NCBI GenBank assembly: GCA_963815455.1
Contig: CAWFGO010000001.1
Location: 672,001 to 736,000, forward strand
Direction of reading: 5' to 3'
DNA: 64,000 nt
Source of the DNA: an uncultured Verrucomicrobiae bacterium
GTDB lineage: Bacteria > Verrucomicrobiota > Verrucomicrobiia > Chthoniobacterales > UBA10450
In this document: positions 41,789 to 52,306 of the stretch, one piece after another
How positions within the stretch are numbered: position 1 is the first letter of the stretch
How the letters are laid out: every line of letters begins with the position of its first letter
The notes under the pieces: generated by a model
The model's database searches: none
Seen by the model: only the letters and a program-made list of their open reading frames with translations
Told to the model about the DNA's origin: nothing
Program-made: the position numbers and the translations under genes

Positions 41789-44448
41789 TTGTTTGGCACG
41801 CCACCGGCAAGAGCATCGCGCACGGTCGTGAGCAATTTCCCTGCATCATACGGCTTGGTCAGGAAATTTGTGACGCCGAGCGCCTGCAGATCAAGAACGT
41901 GGGCATCCTCGCCTTGGCCCGTCGAGGCAATGAACACTGCATCGGGCTTGATTTTCTGGGCCGCCTGAATGAATGCCAGGCCCTCCATTTGAGGCAGTGC
42001 AAGATCTGTAAGGATGACGTCCACCGAGTTCACCTGCCGGCCGAATATTCCCAAAGCCTCCCGGCCATCGCTCGCGCAGATTACATCGTAATTGCGCTGC
42101 TGCAGAATCGCCTTCGCGACGTGCCGTATGCTCTCTTCGTCGTCCACGATAAGAATGGTTTCACCCTTCCCTTTGGGAAATTGCCCCAGCGTCTCGGCAG
42201 CGCGGCGCGAGTCATTATCGATTTTTGCTGGGAGAAGGATCCTAAAGGTCGTCCCTTGGCCAACTTCACTCTCGACAGAAATGAAGCCACCGTGGCTCTT
42301 CACAATGCCCATCGAAGTGGATAGCCCCAGTCCTGTTCCTTTGCCTATTTCCTTAGTGGTAAAAAACGGATCGAAGATCTGGTCGATCATCGCCCGGGGC
42401 ATGCCTTGACCATTGTCTCTCACGCACAAAGCCACGTAAGATCCGGCTTTCGCGCCTGGGTTCGTCGAAGCATTGGGCTCATCGACTTCACAATTTTCCG
42501 CCTCGATGATGATCAAGCCGCCTCCGGGCATGGCGTCCCGCGCATTGACACAAAGGTTCAGCAATACTTGATGCATTTGAGTCGGATCGGCTTCAATCGA
42601 CCAAATCTCCTGCGGATAACGGCTTCGGATTTCGATTGACTTGGGAAACGTCTTGCGGGCGATGTCGATCATCTCCTCGATGAGATGGGTCGGCTTAATC
42701 AGAACGCGTTTGCCTTCGATACCCCGAGCGAAGGTGAGCACCTGCTTTACGATATTGGCTCCGCGCCGGGTACTCTCCTCGATCAGCTTGATCGTAGATT
42801 CGTTATCCTCGCCGGGATTTCGCCGCAAGACCTCTGCACACATCAGGATCGGAGTAAGGATATTGTTGAGGTCATGGGCCACGCCGCTGGCCAGTGTGCC
42901 GATGCTCTCCAGGCGCTGAGCCCGTAGCAGTTGCACCTCCAAGTTCTTTTGCTCGGTGATGTCGGCGCAGATGATCAAGACATAACGGGGCGAGCCGTCG
43001 GGATTGCGGACAAGGGTCTCGCGCATGTCACAGATTACTTCCTTGCCGTCCTTGGTCAGGTGCTTGAGTTCGCCGTGAAATTCATCGCTCGAGACCAAGG
43101 TCTCCATTATTTTCTCGACTTGCCCGGGCTCAGCCAGCGTAGTCACATCGCTCCGTCCGACCCTTTCTTCCGCGCGCCATCCAAACAAACGTTCGGCGCC
43201 CTTATTCCAAAACACGATCCGCAAGTCGTCGAAGTTGCGGATAATAATGGCATCGTGGGCGCGGTCGATGATCTCGGCTTGTTCTCGCAACCGTTGTTCG
43301 GCGCTCTTTTGCTCGGTAACGTCGATCGCCGTCACGATGCGGGCGCCTGTTCCGTCCCACACGATCGGTCCCGAGTAGATCTCAACCAACATCGGCGATC
43401 CGTCCTTCTTGAGATAACGAAGCTGCCCGCTGAAGTGAGTCTCCGTTCGCGGCGAAGTCGCTGGCTCTAGAGCGGGGAGATCCTTCACCGGGCGCAAGTC
43501 GTTGATGGTCAAGCGCAGGAATTCGTCGCGTGAATAGGCATATTGAGAAATGGCTGCCTGGTTAACGGCCAGGATCTGCAAATTTCTGGCGTCGTAAACC
43601 CACATGGGGTTTGGATTGGTTTCGAAAAGCAGCCGATATTGTTCCGCCTGTAATTTCAGGCGCGCGTCCGAGGCAAACTGTTCGGTGATATCCTTGAACG
43701 TGACAATCGTGCCGGTAACGCGATTCCGTTCGTCCCGGATCGGCGCGCAGATGTAATCGACCCGGAAGGAGCTGCGACCCTTTTGGTAAAAGAGATCGTT
43801 GGTCACGCGCCGCGTCGCGCCCTTGGCCATGCATTCGGAAATCGCGGTGTTCTTTTCGCCGGTGCCGGCCGCCCCAGTGACGCTGTGAATTGCCTTGCCC
43901 AGGAGTTCCTCCTGGTTCCAGCCAAGCAACTCGCCCGCTTTGGGATTAGCGAAACTGATCTTGCCGTCGAGATCGATTCCGCAAATCCCCTCGCCTGCGG
44001 AGTTCAAGATCAGCTGATAATCGCGCCGAAGCCTTTCGAAAGTTGCCTGGGTTCGTTTGTTTTCCTCGCGAGCCCTTTTTCTTTCGAGCGCGCTTTGGGC
44101 GGCCTGGCCCAGGCGCGTCAGTCGATCTTTCAGGAGATAATCCGCCGCGCCGGCCCGCATCGCTTCGACTGCGGTTTCCTCGCCGATACTGCCCGAAACA
44201 ATGATGAAGGGAATGTCCGGCTGATATTGATTTGCCAGCTCCAGCGCCCGCATTCCGCTGAATTGCGGCATGGAATAGTCCGACAAAATGATGTCGATGC
44301 TGGGATCGAGATTGGCGATAAATTCCGCCTCCGTCTCAACCCGGCGGCAGTCGGGAACAAAACCGGCTCGGCGCAAGTCGCGCAGCATCAATTCAACGTC
44401 GGATGGGTTATCCTCGGCAATGAGGACTTTGAGCGGGCTCTTATCCAT
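41785..44448 (-). CDS. Hybrid histidine kinase (REC-3xPAS-HisKA-HATPase-REC)
   Basis: IAEDN receiver, three PAS ends (DITE), [26 protein letters not shown]-terminal receiver. Confidence 0.92.
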   Translation of the reverse strand: MDKSPLKVLIAEDNPSDVELMLRDLRRAGFVPDCRRVETEAEFIANLDPSIDIILSDYSMPQFSGMRALELANQYQPDIPFIIVSGSIGEETAVEAMRAGAADYLLKDRLTRLGQAAQSALERKRAREENKRTQATFERLRRDYQLILNSAGEGICGIDLDGKISFANPKAGELLGWNQEELLGKAIHSVTGAAGTGEKNTAISECMAKGATRRVTNDLFYQKGRSSFRVDYICAPIRDERNRVTGTIVTFKDITEQFASDARLKLQAEQYRLLFETNPNPMWVYDARNLQILAVNQAAISQYAYSRDEFLRLTINDLRPVKDLPALEPATSPRTETHFSGQLRYLKKDGSPMLVEIYSGPIVWDGTGARIVTAIDVTEQKSAEQRLREQAEIIDRAHDAIIIRNFDDLRIVFWNKGAERLFGWRAEERVGRSDVTTLAEPGQVEKIMETLVSSDEFHGELKHLTKDGKEVICDMRETLVRNPDGSPRYVLIICADITEQKNLEVQLLRAQRLESIGTLASGVAHDLNNILTPILMCAEVLRRNPGEDNESTIKLIEESTRRGANIVKQVLTFARGIEGKRVLIKPTHLIEEMIDIARKTFPKSIEIRSRYPQEIWSIEADPTQMHQVLLNLCVNARDAMPGGGLIIIEAENCEVDEPNASTNPGAKAGSYVALCVRDNGQGMPRAMIDQIFDPFFTTKEIGKGTGLGLSTSMGIVKSHGGFISVESEVGQGTTFRILLPAKIDNDSRRAAETLGQFPKGKGETILIVDDEESIRHVAKAILQQRNYDVICASDGREALGIFGRQVNSVDVILTDLALPQMEGLAFIQAAQKIKPDAVFIASTGQGEDAHVLDLQALGVTNFLTKPYDAGKLLTTVRDALAGGVPNN

Positions 44449-44893
44449 CGATTTTGGGCGGCTGATTGAGCAGAAGCCAATAGAGTCCCAGCTCCCTGAC
44501 CGCGTCGACAAAACCCTCGAAGTTAACCGGCTTGACCGCGTAACTGTTCACACCCAGCCGATAGCTTTCGACAATGTCCTTCTGTTCTTTCGAGGAGGTG
44601 AGAACGACAACCGGAATGGTCTTGGTCCTCGGGTCGCTCTTGATCTTTTCCAGCACTTCCAGGCCATCCACCTTTGGCAGTTTTAAATCGAGGAGCACGA
44701 CCTTGGGGCTGTTCTCGATCTTGCGCGCGGCATACGGTCCGGTGCAAAAAATGTAGTCGAGCGCCTCGGCGCCATCGCGGGCGACTTGAATACGATTCGC
44801 GAGGTTGCTCTTGCGCAGTGCCCGCAGGGTCAATTCGAGATCCTCCGGATTATCTTCGACGACCAGAATTTCTACGACGTTTTGCTCATTCAT
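44441..44893 (-). CDS. Single-domain response regulator (Rcp1-like)
   Basis: [39 protein letters not shown]. Confidence 0.92.
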   Translation of the reverse strand: MNEQNVVEILVVEDNPEDLELTLRALRKSNLANRIQVARDGAEALDYIFCTGPYAARKIENSPKVVLLDLKLPKVDGLEVLEKIKSDPRTKTIPVVVLTSSKEQKDIVESYRLGVNSYAVKPVNFEGFVDAVRELGLYWLLLNQPPKIDG

Positions 44894-47400
44894 GATTGTT
44901 TTTCATTTGCCGCCGGCACGGCCGCTTCTATACCGAGCTTGAAATAAAACTTCGCTCCGCCATCGAGTTCCGCTTCTGCCCACACCCGACCGCCATGTCG
45001 ATGAACGATTCGCTGGACGATGGCCAGCCCCACACCTGTGCCCTCAAATTCTTCCGCCCGATGCAATCTTTGAAAAACGCCAAAGAGCTTGTGCGCGTAT
45101 TGCATGTCGAACCCCACGCCATTGTCGGAAATGAAATAGACGGGCTCGCCGTTTTCCAAGGTCGATCCAATTTCGACGAGCGCCTTCTCCCGTTTGCGCG
45201 TGTACTTATGCGCATTCGAAATCAGATTTATCCAGACCTGCTTCAGCAGGGCGGGGTCACCATGGCATTGCGGCAGCTCGCCAACGCGCAGGTCGAGGGC
45301 CCGATCTCCCTCCTGAGCACGCAACTGGTCGAGGACCTCGCGGACAAGCGTCATCATGCTGACCGCTTGCTTATTTAATGGCACCCGGCTCAAGCGCGAG
45401 AATGTAAGCAAATCGTCGATCAAAGCTCCCATTCGCTGGGCTCCCTGGCGGATCGTTTCCAAATATTTCCGGCCCTCCTTTGGCAGCATCTCGCCGTAAT
45501 CTTCCAATAACGCCTGGGAAAAGCCGTCCACGGCGCGAAGGGGCGACCGCAAATCGTGCGAAACCGAATAGGAAAACGCTTCCAGTTCCTTGTTGGCTGC
45601 TTCCAGCTCGGCCGTGCGCCCAGCCACGCGGTTTTCCAAATCGGCGTTCAATTGATGAATTTCTTGCTCCGCGCATTTGCGCTCGGTGATGTCGTCAATC
45701 GTAACGATCACAATGAACGGTTTCCCGGCGCCATCGTGGACAAAGGTGCCGCCGTAATTAAAAACGCGACGCCAATCGGTCCCGAGCCGATGCACCCTCA
45801 GTTCCAGGTTCCTGAGATCCTCACCGCGCAAAATCCGGGCCAGAGGCCATTCCTCAATACCAAGAACAGTCCCATCGAGCGTGGAGAGCTCGAAGGTATC
45901 GACCAAATCCGGAAAGCGCCGGTGATCCTGGGTTTGCTCCGGATAGCCGTGCACTTTCAGGGCTGCCGGATTCCAGTGGAGCAAATTTCCGTTCAGATCG
46001 GATACCACGATTCCCTCATCGAGGTTCTCGACGATGGTTTGCAGCTGTGCCTGGCTCTCCCGCAGCGCCGTCTCGCTTTGTGCCCGCTCGGCCAAACCGG
46101 CGTTGAGTAAGAAGACGGCCAATGTCAAAACCGCCAGAGTGACGAACACGCCGAAAGGCAGGAGCAAAAATGTGGCAATGGCGGCTGCCTCCACGCCTTT
46201 TCGGTCGCTCCCAAGGAGCTTGTATTCCTCGGTTACCATTTCTTTGAGCCGCTCATGAATTCCGTCCACCAGCCGGATTCCGGCGCCGGTCGCGACCATC
46301 TCAGCGGCATTCGACAGACCTTTTTCCCGCCGTGCCTCGATCACTTTTTCCTCCCACTCGATTCGTTCTTTCAGTAACGATTCAACTTCGTCGAGACGCC
46401 GCTGTTGATCCGGATTCGCGATTGTCGATTTGCGCACCGTATCAAGCCCTTTGGCCAAGGCCTCTTTAATTTCGGCGCGCTCGCTCAGCAAACGTTCCTC
46501 TCCCAAAATAACGTAGAGCCGCTCAGTATTAAGCAACTCCGCCACGCCGGCTTTGCCTGCTTCAAGCTCCTTCAGAGTCTCCTGGCGATGCGTTACCGAA
46601 GCATTCGCCTGCAGCATTTGCACGGCAAAATTGAATGCAACCGCGGTAGTTAACGAAGCCAACAAAATGCCCGCAATAAACGCCACAGTGGTCACCCGAC
46701 CCAGCGACCATTCTAATCCTCCTCCGCTTCGGATGAGCGCCAATAGCCCGGCGCCCAGGATCAGGAAACTTGCCGCCCCGACGATCCCCGAAACCGACAT
46801 CCCGAGAAAATTCCATTTGGGACCCAGCAATGCTTCCAGGCCGAGTCCCGCCAACGGCAGGATCCCGACAAGGGCTGAGGCTGCGCCCAGGCCGGCAATA
46901 AGAGGAAAGCTCAAGTGACGCGGCATCCTCCGCTCGGATGCGGTCAGGAGCGCACCGGCCACCAGGACGAAACCAAGTGCGGTGACCGGATTCATCCGTC
47001 CCGGCGCCAAGAGCCCGTTCGACGTGACGCCTGGCACCAGCCAGCGATCGATCCCAATGTCCCAATTCAGGAAATATTCGCACAGGGTCAATGCGCCCAT
47101 CGCCAGCACCAGCGCCGACGCACCCCCGGCGAACAGGCGGCCATAGCGAAGGCCACCGCTATCCTGTTTCCCGGCCGACAACAGAGTTAACGCTACCCCG
47201 CAAAGCAGAAAGCCCGCGCCCATGTTCGGCTTCAGCGGCACAACCCCCGGAATGATGCTCTTCAGGATCTCGATGTTTAGCCACCAGCCAATCAAAACGA
47301 AGCTGCCAAGGAGGATCGACAGTATCCCGGCGATCAGGGCAAAAAGTCGAGCCCGCCGGGCAGGAATAAACCGTTGCCCGGCGGGCAGGACCGACCTCAT
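44890..47400 (-). CDS. Membrane sensor histidine kinase (multi-TM, CHASE3-like, PAS)
   Basis: Multiple TMs, helical sensor region, [27 protein letters not shown]; start uncertain. Confidence 0.88.
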   Translation of the reverse strand: MRSVLPAGQRFIPARRARLFALIAGILSILLGSFVLIGWWLNIEILKSIIPGVVPLKPNMGAGFLLCGVALTLLSAGKQDSGGLRYGRLFAGGASALVLAMGALTLCEYFLNWDIGIDRWLVPGVTSNGLLAPGRMNPVTALGFVLVAGALLTASERRMPRHLSFPLIAGLGAASALVGILPLAGLGLEALLGPKWNFLGMSVSGIVGAASFLILGAGLLALIRSGGGLEWSLGRVTTVAFIAGILLASLTTAVAFNFAVQMLQANASVTHRQETLKELEAGKAGVAELLNTERLYVILGEERLLSERAEIKEALAKGLDTVRKSTIANPDQQRRLDEVESLLKERIEWEEKVIEARREKGLSNAAEMVATGAGIRLVDGIHERLKEMVTEEYKLLGSDRKGVEAAAIATFLLLPFGVFVTLAVLTLAVFLLNAGLAERAQSETALRESQAQLQTIVENLDEGIVVSDLNGNLLHWNPAALKVHGYPEQTQDHRRFPDLVDTFELSTLDGTVLGIEEWPLARILRGEDLRNLELRVHRLGTDWRRVFNYGGTFVHDGAGKPFIVIVTIDDITERKCAEQEIHQLNADLENRVAGRTAELEAANKELEAFSYSVSHDLRSPLRAVDGFSQALLEDYGEMLPKEGRKYLETIRQGAQRMGALIDDLLTFSRLSRVPLNKQAVSMMTLVREVLDQLRAQEGDRALDLRVGELPQCHGDPALLKQVWINLISNAHKYTRKREKALVEIGSTLENGEPVYFISDNGVGFDMQYAHKLFGVFQRLHRAEEFEGTGVGLAIVQRIVHRHGGRVWAEAELDGGAKFYFKLGIEAAVPAANEKQS

Positions 47401-47650
47401 GTTAGGAGGAATTTCGCTGGGACGATTCGACCAGGGAACACCTGGGTGTAGCCCCGCTTCACCGCCTGAAAGCCGGGCGGTAAAATTTTGGTCCGGAGCA
47501 ATGGTCAAACTGGAACAGAATTTGGACATGTTAGGGCTGAGTCAGGGCCCCCTTTTCGGGAACTCTTGGAGAATCTGTCTGGGTTACGAAAGCATGGCTC
47601 GTTCCAGTAGGATTTTAAAAAGGCGTTTGCCACGGTGTTGAACTCCATTT

Positions 47651-47995
47651 ATGTCACAGCCCATGGACATATCTCTCAAAGACTTGGAACAAGCCGTCGC
47701 GATTCGCCGGCAAATTGATTCTCTCGAACAGCGGTTTCGCTCAATTATCGGTGGCCGCGCCGGCGCCGCAGCGCCGGCCCGCGTAACCCGAAGAGGCGGG
47801 AAACGAAGAGTCTCCGCGGCCACACGAGCCAAGCTCGCGGCGGCGGCGAGAGCGCGATGGGCTCGAGCAAAAGGCGGCAAGGGCGCAGCTCGCGGTTCCA
47901 GGAAAAAGAGCGGTCTCACTGCCGCTGGCCGGCGCAGGCTTTCTCAACTGATGAAGGCGCGCTGGGCCGCGCGACGAAGAGCGAAGAGGAGTTAG
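47651..47995 (+). CDS. Small very basic Arg/Ala/Lys-rich protein
   Basis: N-terminal coiled coil followed by two copies of an (S/T)AAxRxxL....ARWA motif. Confidence 0.75.
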   Translation: MSQPMDISLKDLEQAVAIRRQIDSLEQRFRSIIGGRAGAAAPARVTRRGGKRRVSAATRAKLAAAARARWARAKGGKGAARGSRKKSGLTAAGRRRLSQLMKARWAARRRAKRS

Positions 47996-48071
47996 CCTAA
48001 CCAGGGCCGCAACCCTTTTGTCATCCCGCCTGCCCGCCGTGGCGGGAGCACAGCGATGACAAGTCAGGTCG

Positions 48072-51000
48072 TTACAACGCTGCGACTTTTGCCGGCGGCA
48101 CGGCAATCGCCGGCTGGCCTTTGGACTTGAGCGAGCCGTTCAGGATCGACAACTCTTTGCCCAGCAGCTGGTCGAAATCCTTGGCGACATCGTCCAATTC
48201 TTTTCTCAGAGTATCGATGTAAGCAATTTGATAGTCCGCCGGTTTCCCTTCGTAACTGAGAAGAGAGCCGTAAAGCTGGTCGGTGTGCTCACGAATTCGC
48301 TCCTCGCCCGTGATCGCGCCGCCCTCCGTGGTCGCGACAATCTTCTTGCGGACGCTGTCGATCTTCTTATCGAACTCGGCAATTGTTTTCCGAAGCGGGT
48401 CAGCGTTCTTTAACGCCTTGACCCGCTTGGCCAACTCGCCGCGCACAGACAAGATCCGGTCCATCAGCGCGCTTTCATCGCCGAACAACACGTGCACTCG
48501 CATCGCGGCGTCGTACTGCGCTTTGCGATCGGCTTCGCTAAACTTGGCCCGGCTGTCCAACCCCACTGTCAATTTTGTTTCCGACGCCTTTCCGTTTTTG
48601 GTCAGGCGCACGGTGTAGTCGCCGGGAAGGAGTCGCGGCCCGACAATGCCGGCGAAGGCAATTTGTGCCGCCGGCGGGACGCGAGGCGGTTTTTCCCGCA
48701 TGGCCCAGACTACACGGTTCAAACCCGGCCGCTTGCTGGCCGGAAGTTGATCAATCACGCGGCCGGACGCGTCCAGGACCTCGAGCTTCAACTTGCCAAA
48801 GAGATGCCGGGAACGCTGGTAGTAATTAATCACCGCGCCGTCCGGTGGATTGTTGCCCACGAATACGGCCTCGCCATTGGCCCAGCCGCCGTTTGCCTCG
48901 ATGCGCTGTTGCGATGGACGCGCAGAAACAAACGCGGCTTCCTGCGCCAGGAGCTCGGGGGTCAACGCGCGCCACGGCGTGATGTCGTCGATGATCCATA
49001 TGCCGCGGCCGTGCGTCGCCAGAACGAGATCGTTATCCCGCGGTTGAATTGCCAGATCGCGCACCGCGACCGCGGGAAAATGATTGCCCTTGAACTGAGC
49101 CCAGTCTTTTCCGCCGTCGATCGAAACCCAAAGCCCGAATTCGGTGCCGACAAAAAGTAAATTGGGCGAAACCAGATCTTCCTTGATCACGTGGGCATAA
49201 CCGCGAACGCTTTTTGCGTCCTGCGCGGTGATCAGCGGCGTCCAGGTCTTGCCGTAATCGTTCGTGCGGAAAACGTACGGCGCCATGTCTCCGAAGGTAT
49301 GTCGATCGAACGCGGCGTAGGCAGTGCCGGCGTCGAAGTTGCTCGCCTGGACCCAGCTCAGCCAAGAATTTTTCGGCAGACCGGGCACGTTGCCGACCAC
49401 GTTCGTCCAGGTTTTTCCGCCGTCCCGGGTGAGTTGCAGATTGCCGTCATCTGTCCCGACCCAGATGAGCGACTTGTCCTTGGGCGACTCGCTGATGGAA
49501 TAAATCGTCGTGTGCATCTCGGCCGAGGAATTGTCGATGGTCACGCCGCCTGATTGTTCCTGCTTCTGCTTTTCCGGATCGTTGGTGGTCAGGTCGGGCG
49601 AGATTCGTTCCCAGGTCTGACCCTGATCTCGCGACCGGAAGAGAAACTGGGCGCCAATGTAGATCGTCCCCTTTTCATTCGGTGAGAGCGCAATCGGCGC
49701 ATTCCAGTTAAAGCGCAGTTTCTCTTTATAGTTAGGCGTTGGCTTGATTTCGCGCGCCTCGTGCGTGTGTCGATTGACGCGTCCGATAATTCCACCCTGG
49801 TACTCCGCGTAGATGTAGTCCGGATCGGCCGGGTCTTGAAACATCCAGAAGCCGTCGCCGTTGAACATGTTTTCCCAGCGCGAGTTGGTAATGCCGCCGG
49901 GATATTGCGAATCGCCCACCCACGAACTGTTGTCCTGCAAGCCGCCGTAAACATGATACGGATCGTCGTTATCCACGCTCACATGATAAAACTGCGACAC
50001 CGGGAGATTTTCGGCTTTCCACCATTTGCTCCCGCCGTTGTAAGAATACCAGATCCCGCCGTCGTCGCCGGAAATGACCGTCTGCGGATTTGTCGGGTCG
50101 ATCCAGACGTCGTGGACGTCGCCATGGGCGCCTTGGAATCCGCCTACTACCGCAAAGCTCTTGCCCGCATCCTCGCTCAAGATCAGCGCGCCATCGGGTT
50201 TGAACACGCGGTCCGGATTTTTAGGATCGACAGTCAGGTTCGCAAAATAAAATGGGCGCCACACCATCCAGCTACTCTTGTCGCGTTTGTCCCAGGTCGC
50301 GCCGCCGTCGTCGGAAACAAACAGCGCGCTATCGGGCGATTCGACAAAACAGTAAACGCGCTTGGCGTTGGATGGGGCGACAGCGATCGCCAGACGGCCA
50401 TATGGCTTCTTCGGGAAACCCTTGCTGTTCTCGGGAGTAATTTCCGTCCAGGTATTGCCGCCATCGCCCGAACGAAATAAGCCGCTGGCGGAAGGCTTGT
50501 CCGGCCCGTCCCCGCCGGAGCGATACCCCCAGCCTGTCCGCCGAAAATCCCACATGCAGGCAAACATCACGTCCGGGTTCGCCGGATCGAGAGCGATCGA
50601 CGTGCACCCGGTGGAAAGATTGCCGCCTTTCAAAACCAGGCTCCAAGTCTTGCCGCCATCGGTCGTCTTGTAGAGACCGCGATCGGGCGAATCGCTCCAG
50701 AGCGCGCCCGGCACGGCCGCGAATACGGTGTCGCTGTTTTTCGGGCTGACCGCGATTTTGCCGATGCGCTCCGATTTTTCCAAACCGACATGGGTCCACG
50801 TCTCGCCGCCGTCGGTTGACTTATAAATGCCGTCGCCAATCGAAATACTGTTGCGGGTCCAACATTCGCCGGTCCCGACCCAGACGTTTTTCGAATTGTT
50901 TGGATCGAGGGCGATCGCACCGATGGACTGCGCTGTTTGCTCGTCGAACACCGGCCGGTAACGCGTCCCGCTGTCTTCCGATTTCCAAACACCGCCGCTG

Positions 51001-51203
51001 GCTGCGCCAACGAAGAGCGTGAGTTTCCCGGAAGGCTCGCGCTTTCCTGCGAGCGCGGAGATGCGGCCGCTCATTGCAGCCGAGCCGATATTGCGCGCGC
51101 CCAAGCCGGAAATTGTTGAGGAACTAAACGGCGCCTGCTCGGAATGAACAGCAACCGGTGCGATACTCATTGCGACGGAAACGATCAAGAAAAGAGAGCG
51201 CAT
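48072..51203 (-). CDS. Secreted VPS10/sortilin-like BNR-repeat protein
   Basis: Signal peptide, SGRI, many S/TxDGGxTW Asp-box repeats, GGLQDN, RFNWNAP, ATHGRG, C-terminal helical region. Confidence 0.9.
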   Translation of the reverse strand: MRSLFLIVSVAMSIAPVAVHSEQAPFSSSTISGLGARNIGSAAMSGRISALAGKREPSGKLTLFVGAASGGVWKSEDSGTRYRPVFDEQTAQSIGAIALDPNNSKNVWVGTGECWTRNSISIGDGIYKSTDGGETWTHVGLEKSERIGKIAVSPKNSDTVFAAVPGALWSDSPDRGLYKTTDGGKTWSLVLKGGNLSTGCTSIALDPANPDVMFACMWDFRRTGWGYRSGGDGPDKPSASGLFRSGDGGNTWTEITPENSKGFPKKPYGRLAIAVAPSNAKRVYCFVESPDSALFVSDDGGATWDKRDKSSWMVWRPFYFANLTVDPKNPDRVFKPDGALILSEDAGKSFAVVGGFQGAHGDVHDVWIDPTNPQTVISGDDGGIWYSYNGGSKWWKAENLPVSQFYHVSVDNDDPYHVYGGLQDNSSWVGDSQYPGGITNSRWENMFNGDGFWMFQDPADPDYIYAEYQGGIIGRVNRHTHEAREIKPTPNYKEKLRFNWNAPIALSPNEKGTIYIGAQFLFRSRDQGQTWERISPDLTTNDPEKQKQEQSGGVTIDNSSAEMHTTIYSISESPKDKSLIWVGTDDGNLQLTRDGGKTWTNVVGNVPGLPKNSWLSWVQASNFDAGTAYAAFDRHTFGDMAPYVFRTNDYGKTWTPLITAQDAKSVRGYAHVIKEDLVSPNLLFVGTEFGLWVSIDGGKDWAQFKGNHFPAVAVRDLAIQPRDNDLVLATHGRGIWIIDDITPWRALTPELLAQEAAFVSARPSQQRIEANGGWANGEAVFVGNNPPDGAVINYYQRSRHLFGKLKLEVLDASGRVIDQLPASKRPGLNRVVWAMREKPPRVPPAAQIAFAGIVGPRLLPGDYTVRLTKNGKASETKLTVGLDSRAKFSEADRKAQYDAAMRVHVLFGDESALMDRILSVRGELAKRVKALKNADPLRKTIAEFDKKIDSVRKKIVATTEGGAITGEERIREHTDQLYGSLLSYEGKPADYQIAYIDTLRKELDDVAKDFDQLLGKELSILNGSLKSKGQPAIAVPPAKVAAL

Positions 51204-51212
51204 GAGAATAGA

Positions 51213-51980
51213 TTACTTCGAAGACGCGGGAAACCGGAAGATGGCATCGTCAACGGGCACATTCGCCTCCGCCTTTTCGATGACTACCTTCTGTTTGTCC
51301 GTATCGCCCTTTTGGCCGGACTCAATCGAAAATGGAATAAAGACGCCGTTCACTTTTTCGTAGTCGCCCAGGTCGGTTTCATCCTCCACCTGCGCGCCAT
51401 GCTTCATTCGCTGGGTCAGGATTCGAATTTCGAGGAAGTGGTCCGGATCGAGATAAACAAAACTGACGTCGCCGTTCTTACGCACCACTTTCAATTTATG
51501 GGCAAGCGTACCATCGACATCTTCCGTCCCGAGATAGGTGACGGCACTTCCTTTGTTTTTCCAATCAACCAACGGCCCGTCTATCTCCGCTTCCTCGACC
51601 AGTTCCTTCAGATCGTCAGCCGACATTTTTTCCGGATCTCTCCGACCGCGGAACGGCGAAATGGTCCAAGCCTCCTTGCCGTCGCTGGCCACGATCTGGG
51701 TCATCCCCTGAAGAGAAAATTCGTCGCGCACTTCGTCCGGTCGTTTTTTGGTTTGTAGATAAGCAGCTTCGATCTGCCCCTGATTCAAAAGCATCTTGCC
51801 GGTGAGCCGCAGAGATTTCAGGGCGTTTAAGGCCTCGGCGCCACCTTTGGCTTCGACATTCTTCGCGACCAACTCGTCGACCGTGATTGATTTCTGCTCC
51901 TGGGAAAAACCGGGCGAGGCGGCGAGGGCGAAGATGGCGCTAAGAAATACGAGGCGTGAACGCATACGTGAGTTGGGCAT
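51213..51980 (-). CDS. Secreted LolA-like-fold hypothetical protein, co-transcribed with the VPS10 protein
   Basis: Signal peptide, TVDELVAKNVEAKGG, DYEKVNGVFIPF, DDAIFRFP. Confidence 0.7.
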   Translation of the reverse strand: MPNSRMRSRLVFLSAIFALAASPGFSQEQKSITVDELVAKNVEAKGGAEALNALKSLRLTGKMLLNQGQIEAAYLQTKKRPDEVRDEFSLQGMTQIVASDGKEAWTISPFRGRRDPEKMSADDLKELVEEAEIDGPLVDWKNKGSAVTYLGTEDVDGTLAHKLKVVRKNGDVSFVYLDPDHFLEIRILTQRMKHGAQVEDETDLGDYEKVNGVFIPFSIESGQKGDTDKQKVVIEKAEANVPVDDAIFRFPASSK

Positions 51981-52079
51981 TACGAGTAGTGGGTCTTTAG
52001 ATTCCTGTAAACCTGATTGTGTTCACAAGAATATAGATTCGATGCGGGCGCAAATGTTTTGGATTCAACTACTTTGTAG

Positions 52080-52160
52080 TGCTCGCGAGAGGAGTTGAAC
52101 CTCCACGGGTTTCCCCATACGGTCCTGAGCCGTACGCGTCTGCCATTCCGCCACGCGAGC
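52080..52160 (-). tRNA. tRNA-Leu(CAG), CCA not encoded
   Basis: GCTCGCGTGGCGGAATGGCAGACGCGTACGGCTCAGGACCGTATGGGGAAACCCGTGGAGGTTCAACTCCTCTCGCGAGCA: cloverleaf with long variable arm. Confidence 0.95.
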
Positions 52161-52306
52161 AAATAGGAGCGGCTCCTAAAATGCGCAGCGACCGAAGAGC
52201 CGCAAGGCCAAACCGGACCGCAACCTCTGCGAAGCGGCAGGCCCGCCCGAAACCGGAGCCATCGACCCCGGCCACAGCGAAAGGCAAATCGGGAAACAGC
52301 CGGCCG

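Noticed and set aside
41785..47400. Phytochrome light-sensing system
   Set aside because: The kinase and regulator are of the Cph1/Rcp1-like class, but no GAF-PHY chromophore module is present; a common signalling cassette
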